64,000 bases of DNA, taken from the IMG/VR virus record IMGVR_UViG_3300028833_000058. One strand, 5' to 3'. The notes under the pieces were generated by a model. The model saw only the letters and a list, made by a program, of their open reading frames with translations, was not told the origin of the DNA and did not search any database. Source of the stretch: a virus. Taxonomy: Duplodnaviria > Caudoviricetes. The translations under genes and the position numbers were made by a program. This document shows, one piece after another, positions 38,166 to 48,108 of the stretch. The stretch's first letter is position 1; each line of letters begins with the position of its first letter.

Positions 38166-41100
38166 ATGGCAACAGGAAATACAAGTGCAAGAAGTAGAAA
38201 AGTAATTTTAGCAGACGTTGAGTTTACTGAAAATGGTTTGTATATTCCAAGTGAAGAAGTGACTGGCTTCGGTAGAGTTACTGTTGCTGTACCACCTGAC
38301 GCTAGAAGAAAACCTATTTATATAACACCTACTGCTACTAATATTGTAAGTCAACCTACTTGGGATGAATATACTGGTCCTTATGTTGACGAATACGTAA
38401 AAACAATCGGGTACAAAAAAGAAAATAGAACCGTTTATGATTTTAATAATAATTACTTAGGCACTTGTTCAATTGAAGGTGTTATAACTGATGATTCTGG
38501 TAATGTTATCGGTAAAGTTTCAAATTATCGTGTAATACGTGACGAAGATAATATAATCATAGGTTACGCAGATGACAAAAACTTTGCGTTTAATCTAGAA
38601 GATAACCAGATAGGTAAAGTATTAGGTGACAATTCAGTAATCAATGACGAAGGGGATGTCATAGGAGAAGCATCTTTTACTGAATATCTTGCTTACAATA
38701 ATAACGAGAACGAGTTTGTTGGCGTAAGAGACATAAAAGTAAGAAAGATTGGTGCATGGATAGATTCTAACATTTCTGCAGATAACATTCGTCAAGGGCA
38801 TAGTATTTTAGGTGTTGCAGGTAATGTGGTAGAGCTACTTGGAGAAGAAAGAACTGTAAATTCAAGTACTTCTACACAAACTATTACTCCTTCTAGTGGA
38901 AAAAACGCTATTACAAAAGTTACTGTAAATCCTTACACACTAGGAACAAGAACGGTTGACCCAGAGTTCGAAAGAAAAACATATTATACACCTAGTGGAT
39001 ACAATGGAATGTCTTCCTTTACAGTAAATCCAATTGATGTTCAAACTATCGTAGAAGAAGAACCGCAGTTAAAAGCAGAAAACATTAAGAAAAACGTTAG
39101 ATTGTTTGATGGTCAAATTGTAGGTACATATGATAATTATGTAGCTCCAGTCGTTCAACCTGTATCAATTTCACCAACAACCTCTCAACAGATTGTAAAT
39201 GCACCAAGTGGTGTTGATGGTTTCAATAGGGTTACTGTTGATGCTGTTACTTCCACCATTGACCCAAACATTCAAGCAAGTAACATCAAAAAAGATGTAA
39301 CAATATTGGGCGTTACAGGTACATATCGTACTGAAAATTTACAAGATAAAACTGTAGACCCACAACAATTTCTCCAAGTTGTAAGCTACGATTCAACACA
39401 ATACGATGGATTAAATTCTGTTACAGTAAACGCAGTTACGAACACTATTGATGCTAACATACAAGCTGGTAACATTAAGAAAAATGTACAAATTTTAGGT
39501 GTAACAGGTGATTATGACCCACAACCAAATATTCAAGCACCTGTTACGGTTACTCCTAGTACATTACAACAATCTGTAACTCCAGACCAAGGTTATGATG
39601 GTTTAGGTAGAGTTGATATAAATGCTGTTACATCTTCAATAGACCCAAACATCTTGGCTGAGAATATTAAGAAAAACATTGAAATTTTAGGGGTTACTGG
39701 TAGTTATGACCCTCAACCTAATTATCAAGCTTCTAAAACAGTCCAACCAGTTAGTTCTGGTGATGTTGAAGTTACAGCAGACCCAACTTATGACGCATTG
39801 CTAAAGGTTATAGTTAAAGCAGTTACAGCTTCTATTGACCCTAACATCATGCCTAAAAACATAAGAAAGAATGTGAGTATTTTAGGTGTTTTAGGTACAA
39901 TGGAGGAAGGTGGAGAACAGAAGTGGTTTGACTTTTCTGGAATTCAAAACTTTGTTGAATTGAATCAAGACGCTTTTAGTGAAGGTGGAACAGAATCTAT
40001 ATCAATCGTTATCGATAAAAATAATTATGAACTTAAAAAACTTATAGATGACACATTTCCAGCTATTAGTAACATAAATGCAGTTATGTTCAGTGAAGTT
40101 TATGGATATAACGATGAAGAAATGACTAACCCAATAACAAAACAATGCTACATTGATTTTGTTGATGGTTATATGTATCAAGATTATAGTACAACAACAT
40201 ATATACCAAATCAAATTCGCTATTTTTATTCATTTGATAACAATTATGGTGTAAATGGTTTAACAATTGGATTGGCCAATGACGATGGGTCAGCAAGGAC
40301 AATGAAACTTTATGTAATTGCTGACAGCACTAAAAATAATAAACCTATTCCTGTTCTTGTAAATGGTAATATGACTGTTAGTGATTTACCAGAAGATTAT
40401 GATGACTTTAGATATGTAAAAGACATTGAGGTTCCAGCACATGATGTATATATACCAAAATTTATAGAAAAAGATAACGTTCAATGGGTATTACGTGATG
40501 AAGATGGTATAAGAACAAAAGTAATTGAGTCAGTTGAAATTGAACCAAACAATGTTGAGGTAAGTGCTTACGATAGAGACTACGGCACACAGGATGTAGA
40601 AACAGATAGTGTGATAGGATATAGATTGAGACATTTCAACAATTTAGTTCTCAACGAAGATACATTAGTCGCTAGTCAAATAGATACAAGTAAAAATGGT
40701 ACAATTCTTATTTTAAATGATTTTGTTAAACAAGACCAAAGTTATTACTACTTTGCATTTAAGCCAAGTGCATACAATGGAAGTAATACATACCATACAG
40801 TTGCTAAATGTGAAGGTTTATTCCAAGTAGGTTTTTACAGAAATAGTAGTGATTCTTATTACAGACCAGCTTGGGTTTCATCTTGGTCATCTGCTAGTGC
40901 TGGAACTTGGAGCAACAACAGTACGTCTAGTTACAGAATGTACAATGGAACGACATATTATTACAGAATTTATGTAAACGGTACAACTACGATTATAGAT
41001 TGGTCTAACAATGGAACAACCTGGGTAACAATGGGAACTGTTACGAGTGAGTATATTGACCCATTGAACACAAATCAAGTTGAAATATATGCCAAAAGTG

Positions 41101-42668
41101 GACCAAATACAAAACTTTGTACGGATGGTATTTATGTAGCAGATAATTCAAATAATATTTTATACTCTGTATTAGATGATAAAATAGCAAAGAAAACAAG
41201 TCATAACATAGTTCCGTTAGACGATAATAATCTTTTTGTGCAACGTGCAGATGATAGAGTAAGTCCTCGCTACATTGGAACAGAAGATATAAGATTTGTA
41301 AGTTATAATAAAACAACTAAACTTTTAACTACTGGACAAGGTGGTTACATAGAATTACAAGATGAATGGAAGCCAGGAAATAAACCTTGGCAAGTCAATG
41401 TACACTTGAAATATTATTCTCGTACAGAATATACGACACACATTGTAAGTTGGAATGGTGGTACAAATGCAAGAAATGTATTCTGGTTTTACAACAATCA
41501 ACTACAAGGACGAATATTTAAATCAGCAAGTTCAACTATTTTTGATGGAAGACTTAGTAGCTACAATTTTGTAAATGGCCAAGATTATTATATACAAATG
41601 GGTTGGAATACCACTACATATTATGTTCAAGTTGCTACAGACCCAAATTTTGCAAATTTACTTATAGATTATCAACACCATAGTTCAGATGCGACATATT
41701 GTTCAGATACAAAATTAGAAATATGCAACCATGGCAAAAGAGATTATGGCTCACCAGATTATCTTTATTTAGATGAATACACAAATGTCATGATAGATGA
41801 TGAAGTTATATGGAAGCCAGCTAACGAAGAATTATGTGGGAATCTTGTTAATTACGATGACACTGATGGATTAGCAGATACTTTAGATGCTTATTTAGTT
41901 AGTAAACAAGGAAACAAAGTTATTTCAAATACCAAAGTGATTGGTGATATTAAAATAGATAATGATTTTGTTGCCAGCAGATTTACGCATGGTAGTTTCA
42001 TGAAAGTGGATACTTTTTATCCAGCTTCTGGTGACACTTGGGAAATTTGTATTAAAACCACAACAAGTGTAAATGTAACTAGAAATCAATATTTCTTTGG
42101 CAATTACATTGATAATTATAGCACACCACAGTTGTGTATAGATGGTTCAAAGTTACACTTATACTTAAGTTCAAATGGGTCCTCTTGGAATATTGCTAAT
42201 AACGCAGCTTCAACGTTAACAGTAGAACCAAATACAGAATATGTTATAAAGTTATATTTTAATGGTACAGCTTATAAAGTTGATGTTAATGATACAAATT
42301 ATATAACAGTAACATCTAGTACATCTATATATTCTGTAGGTAAACCTTGGGCAATAGGTGTAGATTGGGTTAACGGAGCTTATCCTGGTTACATAGATTT
42401 AAATGACAGCTATATCAAAGTTAACAATAATTTTGTATGGAAGCCAGAATATAAAATTATAGACACTTACGATTGGATATTTACAAAAGATTCAACTTGG
42501 TCTTATCAAGGGTTAACAAATTTAGGTAAAAAAGGCACAGTTGTGATAGGTGACCATACTTATTTTGATTGGGATTACAACCAATGTAAGTGGATTGGAA
42601 GTAAAAAAGTTATCTTAAATGTAAACGACCCTGATGGTATATTATATACAGAAGTAATAGAAGGTTAA
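38166..42668 (+). CDS. long tail fibre protein with about 62-aa repeats and lectin-like (LamG/ConA-type) modules
   Basis: Repeats of ID(P/S/A)NI...NIKK.V.ILGV.G; LSSNGSSW and G.IDL..YIK.N..W motifs. Confidence 0.8.
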   Translation: MATGNTSARSRKVILADVEFTENGLYIPSEEVTGFGRVTVAVPPDARRKPIYITPTATNIVSQPTWDEYTGPYVDEYVKTIGYKKENRTVYDFNNNYLGTCSIEGVITDDSGNVIGKVSNYRVIRDEDNIIIGYADDKNFAFNLEDNQIGKVLGDNSVINDEGDVIGEASFTEYLAYNNNENEFVGVRDIKVRKIGAWIDSNISADNIRQGHSILGVAGNVVELLGEERTVNSSTSTQTITPSSGKNAITKVTVNPYTLGTRTVDPEFERKTYYTPSGYNGMSSFTVNPIDVQTIVEEEPQLKAENIKKNVRLFDGQIVGTYDNYVAPVVQPVSISPTTSQQIVNAPSGVDGFNRVTVDAVTSTIDPNIQASNIKKDVTILGVTGTYRTENLQDKTVDPQQFLQVVSYDSTQYDGLNSVTVNAVTNTIDANIQAGNIKKNVQILGVTGDYDPQPNIQAPVTVTPSTLQQSVTPDQGYDGLGRVDINAVTSSIDPNILAENIKKNIEILGVTGSYDPQPNYQASKTVQPVSSGDVEVTADPTYDALLKVIVKAVTASIDPNIMPKNIRKNVSILGVLGTMEEGGEQKWFDFSGIQNFVELNQDAFSEGGTESISIVIDKNNYELKKLIDDTFPAISNINAVMFSEVYGYNDEEMTNPITKQCYIDFVDGYMYQDYSTTTYIPNQIRYFYSFDNNYGVNGLTIGLANDDGSARTMKLYVIADSTKNNKPIPVLVNGNMTVSDLPEDYDDFRYVKDIEVPAHDVYIPKFIEKDNVQWVLRDEDGIRTKVIESVEIEPNNVEVSAYDRDYGTQDVETDSVIGYRLRHFNNLVLNEDTLVASQIDTSKNGTILILNDFVKQDQSYYYFAFKPSAYNGSNTYHTVAKCEGLFQVGFYRNSSDSYYRPAWVSSWSSASAGTWSNNSTSSYRMYNGTTYYYRIYVNGTTTIIDWSNNGTTWVTMGTVTSEYIDPLNTNQVEIYAKSGPNTKLCTDGIYVADNSNNILYSVLDDKIAKKTSHNIVPLDDNNLFVQRADDRVSPRYIGTEDIRFVSYNKTTKLLTTGQGGYIELQDEWKPGNKPWQVNVHLKYYSRTEYTTHIVSWNGGTNARNVFWFYNNQLQGRIFKSASSTIFDGRLSSYNFVNGQDYYIQMGWNTTTYYVQVATDPNFANLLIDYQHHSSDATYCSDTKLEICNHGKRDYGSPDYLYLDEYTNVMIDDEVIWKPANEELCGNLVNYDDTDGLADTLDAYLVSKQGNKVISNTKVIGDIKIDNDFVASRFTHGSFMKVDTFYPASGDTWEICIKTTTSVNVTRNQYFFGNYIDNYSTPQLCIDGSKLHLYLSSNGSSWNIANNAASTLTVEPNTEYVIKLYFNGTAYKVDVNDTNYITVTSSTSIYSVGKPWAIGVDWVNGAYPGYIDLNDSYIKVNNNFVWKPEYKIIDTYDWIFTKDSTWSYQGLTNLGKKGTVVIGDHTYFDWDYNQCKWIGSKKVILNVNDPDGILYTEVIEG

Positions 42669-42683
42669 TATTGGAGAAATTAA

Positions 42684-44969
42684 ATGGTATCTAAAACAGT
42701 ACAAGCCAACGTTGGAGATAGCGTAAACTATAAAGTTATAAAAGACGGATACAAAACAGTTACTTCTAGTATTCCTATTACAAGTAGTATGCCTAATGTA
42801 ACAACATTTGATTTAGAGACATCATCTGTTATACACAATCCACAACTAAACTATTCTATTGATACCAGTAAAAATTGTGCTCCGATTATAACTTTCAACG
42901 ATAATGTTGTAACACCAGATGACACAGAAATAACAACGAATAAATATGTATTAGCACCTTATGGTAAAGATTATTTAGTCATAGATAATCAACAAAACGA
43001 TAATTTTATAAGGTCTGGTAATGTTAGAATAGACGAAAATGGTTTTACGAATATGTCAAGTTCTGCTTGTATAATTTTAGAGGATAGACTTGAGAATTTC
43101 AACACGTTTGAAATTAAAATGAAGATAAAAACTGATTCTGATATTACTACAAACCAGATATATTTTTGTGACAAAGAACATCTTAGTACATGTTCAGTTG
43201 CGTTAAATATTTATCAATCTAAGTTTAGAATATATTTAAGTTCAAACGGGTCTTCTTGGGATATAACAAATGGGCTTAATGGTACTTATACAGCATTGGC
43301 TAACACTTGGTATTACGTCAAATTAGTATACAATGGTACAAATTATGTTTTTAGTTATTCTTTAGATGATGAAACTTATGTACCAGATATAACTGTAAAT
43401 AACAATAATAAAGTCGTAGGTTTTATTCCATGTTTAGGTTCATGGTATACTTCTGGTGGTTATTTTAAGGGGAATATAGACTTAAACCAAGTATACATTA
43501 AAAAAGATAATGATATATTCTGGAGACCTACTTGGAATAAACTTTACAACAATTATAACGTTCATGGTACTTTACTTATAAAGAATGGCATAACTCAAGA
43601 AGCTTGTACTAGTAGTAATTATCTAGAAACGATTCCAAGAGATTTTTCAGCATCTATTTCTTCTTCTGACACATGGGAATGGGTATTTAAACTTGAAGAA
43701 TATATCCCTAATTCTGAAACCATACAAGTTATATATACAGCTGCTAGGTCATACGAAACTAAGATTTGTATCAAAAACCATTACGTTGAATTTTCATTAG
43801 GTAACAACGGTAGTAGTTATCCAGTACTTTTGTCTGGTCAAACTCAATTACAACAAGGTAATAGTTACTGGATAAAAGTAGAATTTACTGGTTCAAGATA
43901 CAGTGTTTATTTAAGTACAGATGGTATCAATTATACATTAGATTCTTACGCTGATAGTACTACACCTATGACATACAATTCTTCTGACAATTGGACCATT
44001 GGTTACAATAGGGTGAATAATTATTATTACCTAATGACCAGTAAGTTAAATCTAAACGAATGTTATATAAAAATAAACGGAAAAACATGGTGGAATGGTA
44101 TGGCCACTGATTACATTAATCCAAAAATAGCTTTAAACGGGGCAATATCAATTAATACTGATTACTATACGAAAGGTTTTTCAAGTGTAAATTATTGTTC
44201 ATCTAACATAGATTTGACTGGATATGATACATTCGAAATATACATGAGAATACACACTTTGGGTACAGCCCCAGACAATGGTGTTTTCTTTAGTAACAAT
44301 AACACTACTAACGCATCACCTTTTAGATTAGAATCTGATTGGGGACTACGCTCTTGGTGTAATGCCACTGGTTCTATAGGTAATACAAAACTAAGTGGCA
44401 ATCAAGATTATTGGATAAAAGGATATTCAAATGGTACGACTTGGTATTTGTATAGTAAATTATACGAAAACGAATCTTTAGATGAGATAATCGATGTACA
44501 AGATTGGACATTGTCTACATCTACAACAGCTAGTTATATGATTACAAGTGGAATAAATAACTTTATTTTCGGAAGAAACACCGATACTTGGGCTGGGCAA
44601 TGTTTCAATGGTGGTTTTTACTTAAACGACCTGTTGATTAGGAAAAATGACACAGTTTTACTACAAGGTGTTAAACAAATTGGTGAATATCTGCCAGGTA
44701 TTTTAAACCCAGAATATATTGACACTGGCGACCAGGTTACATTAAATCTATATGATGTTGAAACAAATGACAGATATCTTGTCATAAATGATACAAGAAA
44801 TGTTAATGTAGAAGGTAAGAAATTTGTTGAATACGATGGACAAATAACAATACCATCACATATGTTATCAATTTATGATGAAACCACAAAAATATGGGAA
44901 AAATATAAAAATGTAACGTTAGTTGTAAATAACAACGATACAACAATATACACAGAAGGTAATAGTTAA
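42684..44969 (+). CDS. tail fibre/receptor-binding protein with three lectin-like modules
   Basis: Same module motifs as neighbours; GGAG RBS. Confidence 0.75.
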   Translation: MVSKTVQANVGDSVNYKVIKDGYKTVTSSIPITSSMPNVTTFDLETSSVIHNPQLNYSIDTSKNCAPIITFNDNVVTPDDTEITTNKYVLAPYGKDYLVIDNQQNDNFIRSGNVRIDENGFTNMSSSACIILEDRLENFNTFEIKMKIKTDSDITTNQIYFCDKEHLSTCSVALNIYQSKFRIYLSSNGSSWDITNGLNGTYTALANTWYYVKLVYNGTNYVFSYSLDDETYVPDITVNNNNKVVGFIPCLGSWYTSGGYFKGNIDLNQVYIKKDNDIFWRPTWNKLYNNYNVHGTLLIKNGITQEACTSSNYLETIPRDFSASISSSDTWEWVFKLEEYIPNSETIQVIYTAARSYETKICIKNHYVEFSLGNNGSSYPVLLSGQTQLQQGNSYWIKVEFTGSRYSVYLSTDGINYTLDSYADSTTPMTYNSSDNWTIGYNRVNNYYYLMTSKLNLNECYIKINGKTWWNGMATDYINPKIALNGAISINTDYYTKGFSSVNYCSSNIDLTGYDTFEIYMRIHTLGTAPDNGVFFSNNNTTNASPFRLESDWGLRSWCNATGSIGNTKLSGNQDYWIKGYSNGTTWYLYSKLYENESLDEIIDVQDWTLSTSTTASYMITSGINNFIFGRNTDTWAGQCFNGGFYLNDLLIRKNDTVLLQGVKQIGEYLPGILNPEYIDTGDQVTLNLYDVETNDRYLVINDTRNVNVEGKKFVEYDGQITIPSHMLSIYDETTKIWEKYKNVTLVVNNNDTTIYTEGNS

Positions 44970-44986
44970 TTTAGGAAGTAAACACA

Positions 44987-47900
44987 ATGACACAAAAGAC
45001 TATAAAAGCTATTTATCAAAAACCTGTTACTTACAAACTTATACGTGATGGGTATAAGACAGTAACAGATAGTTTTACACCAGATGATAATACACCATCT
45101 ATAATGAATTTAGCTACACCTTCTGAAGTGTATAGTTCAAATTTACAATATACAGTGGACACAAGTTTAGATGGTGAACCAATTTTAAATTTTGATTCGT
45201 TTATTTCTCCTGACAACGAAACAGTAGAAAGTGCTCAATATTGTTACGCTCCCAAAGGAAGAGACTATAATTACACAATATGGAATCCAGAAGCAACTAT
45301 TTATGATAATTTTAACGCTACTGGTAATCCATCTATATCTGATGACGGTATATTCACAAATTTAAATCATTCAAATTGTTTGATTACAAAAACAAATTTT
45401 GCTCCAGGTAATTATAGTTGGGAGGTTCAAACAAAAGTTAAAATCGGAAATGATGTTACAAGTGAACTTGCTATCTTTGATAATCCTGTTGACCAAAGAA
45501 GTTTTAGAATAGGTCTTGCTGGTACAGTTAGAGATAGATGGCAACTGTTAGTTTCAAACGGTAGTAGTTGGATAACGACTTCACAGCATTATGGAAGCTA
45601 TGCTGTAATTGCAAACACTGTTTATTGGATTAAAGCTGGCTTCGATGGAATAAATACTTATTACCTTGATTATTCTTTAGATGGTGAACATTACACAAGA
45701 GATGTTCAATACACTTCAACAGTAAAAATACAACAAGATTTACCAGTTTACATGAAAGGCACAGCTGCGACTTATGTGGACTTATCATGTACTTGTATAA
45801 AAATAGATAATGTGAATTGGTGGACTCCATATAGAATTGATGGTAGGTGGGAAGATGCTCAAATACCTGGAATGTTAGATGAATCTGTTACAACAGATAA
45901 CTGGAATCAAAGTCAAAATTATAAACTTTATCAATTAAAACAACAAGATAACTCAAGTAATTTACAATTAACATCAAATAGTATTACAAATGAAGGTCAA
46001 AAATATAACCAGTATATAGACCAGATAACTATTCCAGCTAGAGATTACAAATGGTATTATCATAATGTATCCACAAAATTATACGATAATTATGACATAA
46101 TTGGTTCACCAAATGTTAATCCAAATACAGGTGTTATATCTGGGTTCAGTACAACTGATTATATAACTATAACTAAAGGTTTTTCAACAGCTTTACCATA
46201 TAAAATTATAGTAAAATTTACAATAAGTTCGTCATTTCCACAATATTGTCGTATAATCGCTGGTGCTGGTGGAGATTATTCGATTATTCCTTTTTATTTT
46301 AATTATGCTAATCTTGGAGCTTATGGAAGCTCTAATGGTTCTTCTTGGAATATGTTCTCTCATCACCACATAGCTGACCTTTCTACTAACACGACATATA
46401 CAATGATGTTTGAATTTACTGGTTCAGCATATATATGGTATCAAAAAGTTAACGGAACATGGATTGAATTAACAAGAATAACGTCAAATGAAGTAACTGT
46501 ATCTCCAAGTGGTTTTGATATCGGTAGATGTGATGGTAGTAGTTCTTGGTCTGGTTCAATTGATTTGTCAGAATACACAATTGAAGTTAACGGAAATATA
46601 TTTTGGTCACCAATATCCAATGAAGACAAATGGATAGCAAATAAATCAATTTACGATTATTCTGTTACTGGTTTATATGCAGATACATTAGATTTTACAA
46701 AATCATACATCGGTGTAAATAATTCAGAATACCATAAATATTTAAACCCAGATGTTTGTTTAATGCCTATTAATGGTGGAGAAACAATAGAGGGTAAAAA
46801 TCAGTATTTGATTCCAAAAGTTGTAAAAACGTTAAACGGAAATAGTTTTGGTGACATAGTTTTTGATGATGATACAGGTATCGTAAGTGGTTTTTCTAGC
46901 ACAACAGGTATAACTTTACCAGAAGCATTTCCGTCAACAGTATCTAATTTTGATATGATATTTAAAGGAAGTATTAGTAATTTCGATGATGATAATGTTT
47001 TACTTGGTTACGCTAACACAGATGAGGGTTATATCGGTGTAACTAGTAGAGATACACATTCTTTTTCATATTGGTTTGGTTCTTGGACACAAGGACAAAC
47101 TACAATTAACTTCAATACATATTATTGGTTTAGAGTTATTTACAATGGTTCAAGTACCAAAGGATATATACTTTTAGACAATGGGTACAATTTAGACAAT
47201 TTACCATCTTTATCCCAATGGTCAGAAGAATGGACTCTTGATAATAATAAATTTAATGGAAGATTACTTAATTTAGGTTATAATTTTGCAACAACAAGTG
47301 AGCATTGGACAGGTAACATTGATTTAGATAATTCTGTAATTAGAATAAACGGTTCAAATTGGTGGACAGGTATCAAGTACAATTCAGATGTAATTAAAGT
47401 TGGTAATGCAAACTTTAATGGTGCTACGTCAAATTTTAGGTCAATTTCTGGTTGTTTATACAACTACAGAGATGATGGTCAGCAACATAATTTTGACGTT
47501 TATTACGATTCTAATTATACTCAACCTATCTTAGTAGGGTCTGGAGAAATTTATTCACAAGGAACGAAAGTAGATACTATTACTATACCTGAACATAAAC
47601 TCTGGACTTATGAAAACGGTGGTGTATGGACAGAACGTGGGTATGAACCAGAATCTAGTGGTGAATCTCAATTTGTTGAAGAATCTTATACACCAACACC
47701 TACTCCAGCTGTAGTTATTCCAGAAATAACTTTGGGTTATAACGTAATTGTCAATTTAACTGGAACAACAAGTTGTTTTGAAGAATTTACAATTGATGGT
47801 GACACATATACGTTAAGCGATTTTGTAAATAACACATTAAGAATAACGTTAGCTGCAAATCAAACTTATGCATGGAGTGCAACAGCACAACCTACTTATA

Positions 47901-48010
47901 CAGTTTCTCCTTCTAATGGTAGTTTTTTATTGGATGATGATGTCACAATCAATATTCAATGCCAACCACAACAATATTTCATTACCCCAGGTGATGAGCC
48001 AACAGAATAA
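44987..48010 (+). CDS. tail fibre/receptor-binding protein with three lectin-like modules and C-terminal Ig-like domain
   Basis: N-terminus homologous to that of 42684 gene; SNGSSW modules. Confidence 0.75.
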   Translation: MTQKTIKAIYQKPVTYKLIRDGYKTVTDSFTPDDNTPSIMNLATPSEVYSSNLQYTVDTSLDGEPILNFDSFISPDNETVESAQYCYAPKGRDYNYTIWNPEATIYDNFNATGNPSISDDGIFTNLNHSNCLITKTNFAPGNYSWEVQTKVKIGNDVTSELAIFDNPVDQRSFRIGLAGTVRDRWQLLVSNGSSWITTSQHYGSYAVIANTVYWIKAGFDGINTYYLDYSLDGEHYTRDVQYTSTVKIQQDLPVYMKGTAATYVDLSCTCIKIDNVNWWTPYRIDGRWEDAQIPGMLDESVTTDNWNQSQNYKLYQLKQQDNSSNLQLTSNSITNEGQKYNQYIDQITIPARDYKWYYHNVSTKLYDNYDIIGSPNVNPNTGVISGFSTTDYITITKGFSTALPYKIIVKFTISSSFPQYCRIIAGAGGDYSIIPFYFNYANLGAYGSSNGSSWNMFSHHHIADLSTNTTYTMMFEFTGSAYIWYQKVNGTWIELTRITSNEVTVSPSGFDIGRCDGSSSWSGSIDLSEYTIEVNGNIFWSPISNEDKWIANKSIYDYSVTGLYADTLDFTKSYIGVNNSEYHKYLNPDVCLMPINGGETIEGKNQYLIPKVVKTLNGNSFGDIVFDDDTGIVSGFSSTTGITLPEAFPSTVSNFDMIFKGSISNFDDDNVLLGYANTDEGYIGVTSRDTHSFSYWFGSWTQGQTTINFNTYYWFRVIYNGSSTKGYILLDNGYNLDNLPSLSQWSEEWTLDNNKFNGRLLNLGYNFATTSEHWTGNIDLDNSVIRINGSNWWTGIKYNSDVIKVGNANFNGATSNFRSISGCLYNYRDDGQQHNFDVYYDSNYTQPILVGSGEIYSQGTKVDTITIPEHKLWTYENGGVWTERGYEPESSGESQFVEESYTPTPTPAVVIPEITLGYNVIVNLTGTTSCFEEFTIDGDTYTLSDFVNNTLRITLAANQTYAWSATAQPTYTVSPSNGSFLLDDDVTINIQCQPQQYFITPGDEPTE

Positions 48011-48108
48011 CAAATAGTGGCTTAAAACTTAAAAAAAGGGGCTTTTGTACGAAAAAATTAAGTTCAAATAGATATATTAAAAAGTTTATACAATTGGAGA
48101 ATTTTTAA

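Noticed and set aside
42666-42686. Stop-codon readthrough fusing the 1500-aa and 761-aa genes
   Set aside because: In frame but separated by two TAA codons and a GGAG RBS; the next junction is out of frame
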